Assembly (NCBI GenBank): GCA_951406725.2
Contig: OX597816.1
Coordinates: 94,674,001 to 94,738,000, forward strand
Source: Octopus vulgaris
Lineage: Eukaryota
DNA: 64,000 nucleotides
Direction of reading: 5' to 3'
Every line of letters starts with the position of its first letter. Position 1 is the first letter of the stretch. The position numbers and the translations under genes were made by a program. Below, piece by piece: positions 50,405 to 62,471 of this stretch. The notes beneath the pieces are model-generated. The model saw only the letters and a program-made list of their open reading frames with translations, did not search any database and was not told the origin of the DNA.

Positions 50405-51439
50405 AATATATATATATTCATATATATATTCCATGCTGACATGAGCTGAACAGTTTGACAGGATCCAACACATCAGAGGACTACATCAAGCTCAAAATAA
50501 CAAACACTTTACAAAGTGTGCTGGGTGCTTTATTTTATGGCCCTGGCTCTACTGAGGTCACCCACTTAATTGCAAGACAAAGAAAAAAGTTTCTTGACTT
50601 AGTGGAAGTAGAGGGAGGTGGCTTTATGCCAAGTGTTGAGAAGCTAATGTATGATAATGTGACAAGAATGTGTCTGGCTGTAGAAGAGTTACATGTTTAC
50701 TCTATATAACTGTGGGTGGGAGTAACTGGAGAGATAAAGATGGTGGTGACTAGGTATTGGAGCTTATCCAGGCAGTACTAGAAGGTTGGTATAAGAGAGA
50801 ATATGACAAGAGGATTGGGAAGCATGGGTAGATAGTGCATAAGAATATGGGGAAAAGGTGATATGAAGGTAGAGGTGTATGTAGTGAAAATGTGATTGAT
50901 GGTAAATAGCCATTTGAGAGAGAAGCTGCAAGAAGTAAGAGTGGCTCAGGGAGGAGGAAATGGTGACAATACAGAAAGTGTGGAGAGTAGCAGTATAAAA
51001 CTGCAGATGGATGAGAAATAGGGTGGGGTGGGGATAAGAAAGACATAGTGAAGAGATGAGATCAGAAATATGTAGGGGTAGATATAGTGAGTGGAGAACG
51101 AAGGTGGAGGGAGCATCTATGGCAGATTTGAGTGGGTGATAAGGATGAGGTACAAAAGTCATAAAATGTAATTCAGGAGAAAGGGAGATATGATACTGAG
51201 AATAACGAATCAATGCCAAAAGGAAGTGGTTCCAAGGATAGGGATAACTGGTAGCACAAAAGGGGGTGAATTATGTGCAGTTCTGCTTTCTTTTGAGTAA
51301 AGCAGCAAAATAGTGCCATAGAAGAATGATAGGGTTAGGAAGATGAGAAGTAGGTGGCCAAGAAGTCTTGACAGGGACAGTGTGTATGGACATGAACATA
51401 ATGCTTGTAGAATCTTATTTTCACTATGATGGATAAGTC

Positions 51440-51960
51440 TTGTCAACCATCTCCATCTTTTTTCATCTCACCTGTGAAGTTTAACATCCTGAGGTCAGTT
51501 TTTGCAACTCCATCTTACATCTTCCAGGTTTCACTCACATTTAGCTATTGGCATTTTATGCAGCTCTCATCAATATGCATCAAATGATCATAACAGCACA
51601 GACTTCGCCCTTGTATCATTACATTTGATTCCTCTTACGCTGTTTTCTGTCAACTCATTAACACTCTGAAGTACATGCGCCTTAATGTATCCAACCAACA
51701 GAGCATGCTAGTTTCATTCCTTTCTAGTCTGCCCTCTCTGTTCAGGACCAACATCTCACTAGCATATAACATTGCTGTTCATACAAACTGCTTTTCACTC
51801 TGAGACTTTTTTTTATCAACAGAGGGAATAGCTCTTTGTACTTACATCATCCTATTCTTATTCTAGCAACAATACTTTCAGAATATTCTCCTCCTCTGCC
51901 AATTTTGTCACCTAGGTAACAAAAATGATCTAATCCCTTGAGCAATCCTTCTAGGTATTT
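51440..51960 (-). mobile_element. Degraded RTE LINE RT/C-terminal fragment
   Basis: Minus strand gives LDHFCYLGD and a decayed RTE-like C-terminal region. Confidence 0.5.
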
Positions 51961-51965
51961 GAGTA

Positions 51966-51998
<33 letters not shown>

Positions 51999-52455
51999 TC
52001 CCAGGTGCATTTATGTTTTTAATGCCGTTGACACTGCTGAGTTGAACAGTACTGTCCAGGGGATGAAACCATAGTGATTTCTGTCTGGCAGCTGATAATG
52101 GGACTGTATAATTTGGTATGCTTTGTGAATTTTTTTTTTACATCTTGGGGTCTCCTTATTCTGAGTTGTCCTTCATTTTCATAAGTTGAAAGTGTTTGTG
52201 AATTAATATTGGCTGATTTATTTCATAGATAATCTTATTAGGTTTGGATAATGGTTTCTAATTTTGGTAGGTTATGTGGCATATATATTTATATAGTAAA
52301 GATTATTTGCCAACATAATGTGTCAATCCCAGTTGGGATGAATGTTACTGTTATTTGGACCCAGGAAACATCGTCTCTAGCTGACTATACAACACACTGT
52401 ATCCTTATATTTTCAAACAGGGGAGTTTAGCATCCCCACTTAACACAAAGCAATA

Positions 52456-52500
52456 TCTGTGGACTGCAGTTTCTAGGTTATTTCCCTTCTTCAGCACAGA
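52456..52500 (-). ncRNA. Type I hammerhead ribozyme motif, copy 1 (conserved core nucleotides intact)
   Basis: tctgtg CTGAAGA a-ggg-aaataa-cct-a GAAA ctgcag TC cacaga; palindromic stem III CTGCAG; GUC site. Confidence 0.8.
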
Positions 52501-52824
52501 ATAACTGCTCGGCTAGAGATGGCACTGCTAAATTCCTGTTCAAAAATATAATTTTCAAAGTGATGCACAGTCACTGATCTAATAACTAGATAAATGATAA
52601 ATAAATAAACATTATTATTTCTAAATCTCTCAACGAGACATTCAGTAACAGTACTCTAAAGTAAAGATTATTTGCCAACATAATGTGGTAGTCCCAGTTG
52701 GGATGAATGTTACTGTTATTTAGCCCCAAGAAATATCGTTTCCAGTTGGCTATAGAACATACTATCAGTGATCTTGTATTTTCAAACAGGGGAGTTTAGC
52801 ATCCCTACTCAACACAAAGCAATA

Positions 52825-52869
52825 TCTGTGGACCGTGGTTTCTGGGTTATTTCTCTTCCTCGGCACAGA
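52825..52869 (-). ncRNA. Hammerhead motif, copy 2 (U4C)
   Basis: tctgtg CCGAGGA agagaaataaccca GAAA ccacgg TC cacaga. Confidence 0.7.
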
Positions 52870-53073
52870 ATAACTGCTTGGCTGGAGATGGTGCTGCTTA
52901 ACTTCAGGACTGATACATTATGTTGGCAATGGATCTTTACTGAGTGTCTCTTGTTGAGAAATTTAGAAATAATAATGCTTCTATTTATTAGATCAGTGAC
53001 TGTGTGTCACTTTGAAAACTATATATATTTTTGAACAAGAGCTTAACAGCACCATCTTTGGCTGAACAGTTAT

Positions 53074-53118
53074 TCTGTGCTGAGGAAGGGAAATGACTCA
53101 GAAACCGCAGCCCATAGG
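53074..53118 (+). ncRNA. Hammerhead motif, copy 3 (cleavage site mutated to GCC)
   Basis: tctgtg CTGAGGA agggaaatgactca GAAA ccgcag CC catagg. Confidence 0.65.
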
Positions 53119-53336
53119 TATAGCTTTGTACTGATGCTAAACACCCGTTTGAAAATATAAAGGACACAGATAGTGTCGTATAGCCTCAGGAGAAGATGTT
53201 TCCCAGGGCTAAATAGCAGTAGCATTTGTCCCAACCAGGACTGCCACATTATGTTGGCAAATAATCTTTACTTTAGAGTACTGTTACTTAATGTCTCTCA
53301 TTGAAAGATTTAGAAATAATAATGTTCCTATTTACT

Positions 53337-54145
53337 TCATCATTTAACATCCATTTTCCATGCTAGCATGGGTTGGATGGTTCGACCGGGGTCTGGGAAG
53401 CCAGGAGGCTGCACCAGGCTGATCTGTCAGTGTTTCTACAGCTATATGCCCTTCCTAATGCCAACCACTCCGTGAGTGTAGTGGCTGCTTTTTATGTGTC
53501 ACAGGCAAGGGGGCGGGCAGAGAAAGCTGACTACAGCCATGATCGGTTGGTGCTTTTTACGTGCCACCAGCATGGAAGCCAGTCAAGGCAGCACTGGCAT
53601 CAGCCACATTTGGATGGTGCTTTTTACATGCCACTGGTACAGGTATTACAACTAAAATTTCCATTTGATTTTGAATCTGATGTTGATGTACTTCACTCAA
53701 GAGGTCTCCTCAAGCACAGCAGCTCGTCCTACAATCCAAAGTAAGCACAGCAGGTCGTCCTACAATCAAAGGTACTTTGAATGGGCTGAGGTTGGTTATG
53801 TGAAGCTGGTGGATACGCCATGGACTCACTTTATTTGTTGGGTCTTTGTAGTCACAGCCTATCTCCAGAGGTCTCGGTCTTTTGTCATTGCCTCTGTGAG
53901 GCCCAACCAACATTCAAAGGTCATGCTTGACCACCTCATCCCACGTCTTCCTGGGTCTACCTTTATCATGGATTCCTTCAACTGTTTGGGAGTGGCACTT
54001 CTTCACACATCTCTCCTTATCCATCTGTAATACATGACCATACCAGCGCAAACGTCTCTTGCACGCCACATCCAATGCTTCTTATGTCCAAAATTTCTCT
54101 CAGGATGCTTACAATCCGTCGTGTGTGCATACTGACATTACACAT
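53337..54145 (-). mobile_element. RTE LINE 3' fragment carrying the family-B tail
   Basis: Minus strand RLRWYGHVLQMD...GRPRKTWDEVVKHDL..LTEAMTKDRDLWR, followed by the family-B 3' sequence. Confidence 0.8.
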
Positions 54146-54854
54146 ACTTATATATATGTTTTGTTTTCATTGCCAGAATATTTGTGAATATGTATTTGGA
54201 TAACATCTATTTTAATGTTCAAATCACTTTGCTGTAGTTTCTCTCAGATGCTATGCCAATGAATATTGTCATCATAGTAGTAGTGGCAGTAATGAAGTAT
54301 ACTTGAATTCCTGTTTGGGTAAATAAATTCTTAAATTCACTGCTAGATGAACCTATGTGGTTAGGGGACTATTTAAGCAAAGACTGACTGAGCAGCTTAA
54401 AAAAATTAGTTCCTTCTATGATTCCCACCTCCACCCTTATTAAAGTCAGACACACATGCATACAAGTGTAAAAGAACTATGCATGTAAATGGGTTTACAT
54501 AAATGTCTACATAATAATACCTATAGTTTTATATTTTAGGCACCTCTGTTAGTCTACATATGTCTACAATTACATGAGTTTATATGCTTTTATGCCTAAA
54601 TGAATGTATTTCATATACACACGTGTGTCACCTACTTTCAATATCACTAGAAGTTAACTGATGCTTTTTGACTGCCCTACCCATACCTGCACCATCCCCT
54701 GTTATTTTTGCTGGGTTTTGCCCCTGAAGACTTTGTGAGGTTGGGGGGAGATTGTGGACATTGAGTAGCATATCCATATTCTTCTTCACAGATGTTGACC
54801 ACAGTCATTTACATGCTCTCACACTCTCCAGAAGTCCATAAATTTAGAACAGTC

Positions 54855-55385
54855 ATGATTAATGTCAGCACTATGAAAGGTAGGTTTGGTGAGATTGTTG
54901 AAATTGTTGAGCGGTGAAATGTGGACTTTTGCTGCATGCAAGAGGTACAGAGACCCTCAACTAGACTACTTATGGGTAAGGAGCACAAATATAAATTCTC
55001 CTGGATAGGGAGTAGTGATGGGGTAGGTAGTGTAGGTATACTTTTGGCAGAGAAGTGGGTAGACAAGGTGATTGAGGTGGTCAGGATAATTGATAGGATT
55101 ATCAAGTTAAGAATAGTCATGTATAATGTAACAGCAACATTTATCTTTGCATATTCTCTACATGCTGGATTCACTGCTGAACAGGACTGTTTCTATGAAT
55201 ACCTCCTGCAGACTACCTCAACAATGAAGTCTGCATGGAAATATCAGCTTTGGCATTAGAATGGAGGAGGGAACAAGGCTTCTGGAATTCTGTGATACAA
55301 ATGATTTGCTGGTCTGCAACACAAACTTCAGGAAACCAGCCAGCCATCTAATCACTTATCAGTTTGGTGGGCACTCAAGTCAGAC
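54855..55385 (+). mobile_element. RTE LINE APE-endonuclease fragment
   Basis: NVSTMKGR..VDFCCMQEV..GVGSVGILLAEKW..DRIIKL..FAYS; then EGTRLLEFCDTNDLLVCNTNFRKP..LITYQ. Confidence 0.8.
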
Positions 55386-56399
55386 ACAGAAATATACTTT
55401 AATACATATAAGTACTCCAATCATTACCCAGAATTAAAGATGACTTGGTAGTATGCACCATACTTCCATTAAATGTTTTAGCTGTGTTATCTCAAGCAGA
55501 CATAGACATCCTCTTGACCTGTGCAAAACAGCAGAACATCAAGGATGTGACAGCTGGTGTGAAGGAGGGTTGTACCAGCACTGTATTAATTTCATCTGAG
55601 TAAAATGGATTAATGTGTAATGAAGTGTTATCCTTGAGAGAATACCACACCACTCAGTTAAGAGATTGAACCTATGAACTTATGATTGCAAATCTACTCC
55701 TAAACACCAGAAAACATTCCTGCCCCCACCCAACCATACACATATAGTTGCAGTCCTGACTGTGTGGTTAAGAAGTTCATCTTGGAACTATTTTGTTAAG
55801 AGTTCTGTCCCACTGTGAAAAGATTCTACACTATAGCCGTGAATTGACCAATATCTTGTGAATGAAATTGAAGAAATTTGTTGTATATACATATGTATAT
55901 AGGTATGTGTGTTCTGTGTGTGCTTGTGTGAGTGAGTTTCTCTTTGTCAGTGTTGCTGACTAAAGAAAATAAAAGCCTCACTAACAATACAGGTGTCATA
56001 TGCTTGCAGTCAACTGTGAAAGCAAGTCTGCAATTCTTGGCATGTTGCACAATCTGATTCTGATAATTATCAGTATCAGATGAAAAATGGCAATATTAAA
56101 ATGGAGAGTTAAAACATAAAGCAAGAAATAGAAGGACTTTTGGGAATTTAAGTAACATGTGCTACTTATGATGATTTGAATAGCATAAAAAAATAGCTGG
56201 TTATTTCTAGCAGTTCAAGCTTGTGAAAATAAAAAAATATCTATGGTAGAGTTGTAATTATGCATAATAATAGTGTATGCTGATGAAAAAGATAAGGAAG
56301 GGATGAGTGAGGAGCAGTTGTTATTCTTACTAAAGTATGTGAACATTAAGTACCTATATGCTATAGATCTTTCCTGCAGTCAGACCTGGACGCAACACA

Positions 56400-56965
56400 G
56401 CAATAGATTACTGACTGGCAGTGGACCACCATACATTTTGGGAGGAAAATTCAGCTTTTACATACTCCCTCAACAACACCAATCTCAAGTCTGCTAGTGA
56501 ATATGACCTGGGTATTATTATCAACAGTGATTGGCATTGGACAAACCACGTCTCTAAAATTATCAAGAAGGCTGAGGGAGTCTTAGCATCATTGATAAGA
56601 TCTTTGTCAGCCCCTCTCCAGCTATCTATTTAAAGCTGTATATAGCTGGAATCTTTATCTTGCTCAGTATATCAATCTTCTGCAAACTGTCAAAAACATG
56701 CAATCAGACGACTACCTGCTTTCAGGCATTTACCATACACTGAACGTCTTGCTTCCCTGGATAAACTTACAAAATCAAAACATAACACAGCACCCATGAC
56801 TTTTGGAAACATTTTTTCATGGACACTACAGCCTTCAAAACTCCCATGTCTCCTGAAATTCGCTTATAGTACATATATGGTTCATGCACTTTTACCTACT
56901 TTTTCTTACGATTTGTAGTGCACCTGAGCACTGAATACAATAAGTTTATTATTATTATTATTATA
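56400..56965 (+). mobile_element. CR1/L2 LINE RT C-terminus and 3' end, degraded
   Basis: EYDLGIIINSD.HWTNHVSKIIKKAEGVL motif; ends gtgcacctgagcactgaatacaataa(tta)n, matching the 11.9 kb copy. Confidence 0.7.
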
Positions 56966-59900
56966 CATGTGATCTGATTATTACTTGTAAATAGATTAAA
57001 TTCCTCTTCAACTGAAATATTTCTTAATATAAGCAAGCGATCATTTTATAATTTAGTAAGAAAATTAACAACAAAAACAAAAAAAAAAAATTATTCCACT
57101 AAAGGTTATATTAATTAATGGTTATACAACTGAATTTGAAATCAAATTAGTATTAAACAAGAACATAAAGTAAATTACTGAAAGATTTAAGGCATATTAC
57201 AGTTGAAGATGATTTCAACATTACCCAGTCTTTGATATGTACACAGTAACAACTTCAACAACATGTTTTTTCGATAAGCTTTATTTATTGACAGATCAAA
57301 TCAATGGAAAAGAAATTAAAAAAAAAATATAAAAGGGTGGAAAGAAAGGAAGTAATTTTGCAGCAAAGTCTTATAATAACTAAGAATAGCTGGAATAGTT
57401 TCCTTCCAAATAGTAGAAACCATCAATGAACAACTGAAGTTCTCTGACAATACAGCAAGCTCAGTGAGTGTATCATATATATATATATATATATCATGAC
57501 CAGTGGGCAATGATGATTTCATTACTATAAATCAGTAACCAGGCAATTGATGAAATTATCAGTATCTGATGAAAAATTGACAATATTAAAAGGGAGAGGT
57601 AAACATAAAGCAAGAAATAGAGGGACTTTGGGGAATTTAAGTAACATGTGTGCTGTTAGTAGTTACAAAGAAATTCAATTCAATATATATATTTACAGGT
57701 AAGGTACATAAATATACCAAGGAGTGAAAGACAATAAGTATGGTAGACAGTTAAATTAGTAGAAAAAAAGACAAAAAAAAAAAAACAACCTAAACAAAAG
57801 GATTTTGTCAGAAATGATACTGATACTTGGTGGTTAACAGATATAGGAAGTCATCTACTGCTTATGCATAGTCAGTTTGGAATGAACCTTTCATGTATAT
57901 TCTGACAACATAAACAAGTAATAAAAAGCTACAGCCAGTTGGAATGTATTTTTAAATAATTACTGTCAATAATGGAAAAGTTGTGGAAACAGTATGTAAT
58001 GATAGCTGTAATGACATGAGTAAAGAGATACTGCTTTGATAGTAGTAGTATATTAGTCACAGCCTTTTTACTGAACAACTCAGTCAACACAGCTCTTTAT
58101 ATAGTCTTCTGGCGGTTATATCTCCTGAACCATGTTTAGATGATGAAAGGTGGGTGGGTGGGCAGGTGGGAGGGGAGGTTATGAAGTACATATAAACACA
58201 CATTTAACACAGCAAACCAACAAAATAAACATTGTAAAAAGATAGGTTAATACCAGTTTCAGTCACTGCATAGGTTAATAGTCAATCTGAAGGTAATTGT
58301 GATCTTGCTGGCACTTACCTACATTGTTGAATCTACAAACTGATGGAAAGTTGAATATTCGTATTTAAGCACAAGTGTAACACATTTTATACAAAATATA
58401 TTAAACATTATCAGTATTATTTCAAAGAAAGCAAGTAGAACTGTATATTCCATCATCATATTAAAAAAAAAAAGTTAGTGAGGGAGTTTGGGGTGGAGAA
58501 AGAAATAAAACTTTTGACTCAAGAGTAGACTGCTAGCTAAAACAAAATTACTTCCCATGGGAGAAATGCATCAATTTTCATTGTATTTATAGAGAGAGAA
58601 GGAACATAACACAAGTTGAAACATTGGCACTTATAAATACCTCAATACTTGGATTAAGGACAGACCAAAATGCAGCATTCTAGTCAATGGTATAACTTGG
58701 GTATTAGAGAAGAAAAATTCAATTTCTGGAAACTTTAAAGCCATGCTAGAACTGAATCAAATGAATATTTAAAGGACATACTAAAATATCTGCATAGCCA
58801 TGAAGGAAATTTTAGTTAAATATTTACCAATACAATAATCAAGAAATAATATCCTTAAAATAATGTTTTGTTATCTAATTTAGTGCTGTCATGCCTACAT
58901 GTGTACAAACGCACACACACACACACATAAACATAGATGAATGAAAAGAGCCCTCTGTACACGAAGCAGATTATACAATTATTGGAAAACAGTTAATTCC
59001 ATAGTTACTCAAAGAGCAAACAAATGCATGAAGTATAGGCCTGTGATGCTTCAGATCATATTGTGGATTAATGCACAATATATATATGCACATGCACACA
59101 TATGACATTAGTTCAGTTTACTGAACAAAATAAAGGGCTAGAAACATTTAGTGCTGAGTTAAACTGTTTATCGAATATAATCTCTGCCACACTATAATAG
59201 TGTTTTAGATCAGAGTTAGACCTTGACTAGAGGTTAAAAATAAGAGACAAATTAGTTTTCAAATATAGTTAGAAACCAAGATAATGAAGGCTAAAGAGAG
59301 TTAAAGTCTAGTGTATGTAGGTTTATGTTCTTATAGCAGAAATGGAGTAGGTGAACGAAATGATATAATAAATGTAAATTAAATAAAAATGAATATATAT
59401 ATGTGGATATATTCATAGAGAAATATTTGTGGAGATAATACGAAAAACTCAGTTTTTGTGAAATAAAAGAAAAGAAATATTGTTTACTAGCTAAAGGGAA
59501 GTAACTATTATGAACCGTTAGAAACTTGAGTTGTGTTTATTTAAAAAAAAATCTTTTGTGACTGGATTGTCAAGTCGCCATTCAGGGAAGTTATTGATGC
59601 CTCTGTTCATGGAAAGAGGGAAGGTTTGGCATAAAGTGTCAAGGTTGACTGTGAATTATGCATGTGAGCAGAATATCAAAGAGTAATGGTTATCATCAGC
59701 ATAGGAGTAAGCATTACTAAAAGTGATGACAAGCAATCTTTAACATAGTAATGTTAATAGATTTGGGGATTAGAGAGACTCACACCCCACCCAGCAACAG
59801 CTTATCAAAGAGAGTCTTATGTCACACAAACGCTTACAAATTGTGATGACGTCTCTGAAGATAAGACCACTGATAAGCGATATAGGAGAATAAGGCCCTA

Positions 59901-60739
59901 GATCTGGTATTATGAAAGATGTATTGTAGTGTAATTAAGACTTCAGTTGTTGAGATCAGAAGTGAGAGTGATAGGCAGATTATTGGTAGGATCTAAGAGT
60001 TTACCTTAAACAGAGGTAGGGCACTGTAATATGCTCCCAAAGAAGCATGTCACATATTCTAGTATAGAAAGAAATATTGAAATGTTCAGCAAGACTCAAG
60101 AACATTTGTTTGAGAGTAGTAGAAAATGCATGCATTGTGGAGCTGGCAAAATATAGAGCTGCAAATGTGGAAGATTTTTCTGTAAGAGTACTGCTTAAAG
60201 AGGCACCTTGGTTGAAGAGAGGCAGATAGCAGCGTTTTGCAAGATTAGTAAAAAAGAATAAAAATAACTAGTTGCAATTGGGGATGCTAGCTTTGGGAAT
60301 GCAGTGATGACTAAAACCTATTCAGTGGAATTGAGTGAGTTTCTGCAGACTGGTGGTGTGTGAGTCAGGATTAAGGCTTTGGTTGTGTGAGGGATATGAA
60401 GAGAGATGCTTAGGAGGATGGCTTTGGTTGCTTAGCTGTCTTAGATAGATCAATGGCGAAGCATATTTGCTTTCAGAAATAGAGCAAAACTAGCAGATCT
60501 CTGACCAGTTACTTTGAAGTATTATAGTATTTTAGGGAGTTGGTTTGTTGTAAGAGTAAGTTGATGTATAGCTCATAGCCTTGACTAAACAGATGATTTG
60601 ATAGAAGTATAGAATGGCGACAATTTAGTAAAAGTTAGGTTTGGTGGTGAGAAAGAGATCAATGGCAATTTAAATACCTGTGTGACAGAGATATAAGTGA
60701 TGACATTAACTGTTGAAAAAGTGTTTAAAGTGGCACCTT

Positions 60740-61750
60740 TGCTCTTCTCGACCTTGCTGAATTTATTCCACTCTTAACTGCTTCTCCTTTTCTCAGAATT
60801 TTTACCAGTTGGTCACTGGTGTGTTCATGGGTACCAAGCTGGGCCCTAACTATGCCAATTTGTTAGCTTGGTCACGTTGAATACCAAATCTATTTCACCA
60901 GATCTACAACCCTTACCAGTAAACAGCTTAACTTTTCCATCACTTTTGACAACTCTTTCTACCCTACCTTAGATATCACAATCACCATCACTACTACTTC
61001 TGTGAAATTTATGGACAATCTGTTTCTAATGATTACCCCAATGTCTCCACCTTTTACTACTTTATCACTTACCACTCCACTCACACTAAATCCACTATCT
61101 CTTTCTAACAATTCATCTACATTACTAATCGACTCTGAGGCTCAGTCATACCACATAGTTCACTACTTCTTAAGAGTGGCTGCCCACAACTAATCATTGA
61201 TACTGCTTACCACTGAATGCTCATGCTACTACTCTTCTACTTTGTTTGTTCAACTTCCAACCATTTTCGCTCTTCACTCACCTACATTTCTTCTCTTTTA
61301 CCTCTCCAGAGCACCATCCCATGGAACTTTTGTCTCTTTTAGTCTGACATCACTTCCTACATTTTGCTCTATATAACCTTTCTCTTCCTTCAGTGGATTT
61401 TTCTGTTTGCTCCTGTTGCAACATCTGTCTCTCTACCCAAGACCTTACGACCTTGCACCATGTACACCATTTACTGCATAAGATAAAACTCTGTGGTTTG
61501 TGGTATATTGTAAAGACTAGATCAACAGTTCATTTTGGAGAACACCTTTTAGATGTTCAACACAAGAGCATCAGATTTTTCCAACTTGCAAACTATCACA
61601 TTAATTTTTCTGGTACCTCTGCTTGCATCTCACCATCTTTAATGTTTTTACCCCAAGGATCTCCTGTTTCATATTTGTATTATGAACAATTGATTTTTCA
61701 TTGAAACAGCCTATCAAGTTGAGGTTAATAATCAAGTTGCCTATCTCTAA
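60740..61750 (+). mobile_element. Penelope-like retroelement remnant (RT plus GIY-YIG endonuclease)
   Basis: FYQLVTGVFMGTKLGPNYANLL (PLE RT G.AMG..MGP.YANL motif); later CSCCNIC, YCI..KLCGLWYIVKT..FGEH and EQLIF (GIY-YIG-like); many indels and stops. Confidence 0.7.
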
Positions 61751-62410
61751 TAATATTGCCTTCCCCTTAACACTACCTACCATACACTGATAAATACCCT
61801 CCTGTGCACTTTATCTAGCAAAGCATACTATTATGATTTGTTCATACCACCTGCATAGTAGTACATTACCTCATCACTATTTTCATCTACTCTCTAGAAC
61901 ATACTCAAGCTTATACATCTCATTTATCTCATTCAGCTCTGAAACATTAGGCTGAAAAGCACCATTCTACACACTGCCATTATATCCACTTCAATTTTCA
62001 TTTGCCACAGTCGCTTCGCTGTAAAACATTACAATTCATATAGCATTTTCTTTCTTCTTTAATGCTCCAATAAAAGACTACAGTGTGAAATTCTGGCTCC
62101 TGCATTCCTTCTAAATTTATGTTCCAGATTATCATTATAAATATATGCACACACACACACACACACACACACAGACATAGTTGCACATGTATATTTACAC
62201 AAAGCACACATAACTATAATTAAACATTTCATGATTTAATATCACATTACCTAGTGTAGCCATAGTCTTTCAGATGTGTTTATGAGAGATCTCACAGGTG
62301 AAACTTAGATGCAGTAGTGGATCAGTAATTGTTTATTTACTATTATAAATATAATAAACTCTACAGAATGTATTGATTTTCTTTTGTTTATGGCTGTGTA
62401 CATGTGTGTT

Positions 62411-62471
<61 letters not shown>

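Larger units (their letters stand above)
52295..53335. mobile_element. Retrozyme/Penelope-pLTR-like array: about 1.7 direct 365-nt units plus about 1.2 inverted units
   Basis: agtaaagattatttgccaacataatgtg at 52295 and 52660 (period 365); reverse-complement copy about 52916-53335; one hammerhead motif per unit. Confidence 0.85.

Noticed and set aside
50116-50449. Overlapping ORFs (88-108 aa) in the GC-rich element
   Set aside because: No recognisable domain; explained by GC richness of a structured non-coding unit.
52295-53335. CRISPR-like or LTR-retrotransposon interpretation of the repeats
   Set aside because: Eukaryotic context, long homologous units with no unique spacers, and no TG..CA ends, PBS or PPT.
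61930-61960. ttcagctctgaaacattaggctgaa as the Penelope remnant's own hammerhead
   Set aside because: Only a possible 3' half is present; CUGANGA and stem II are missing, so it cannot be supported.
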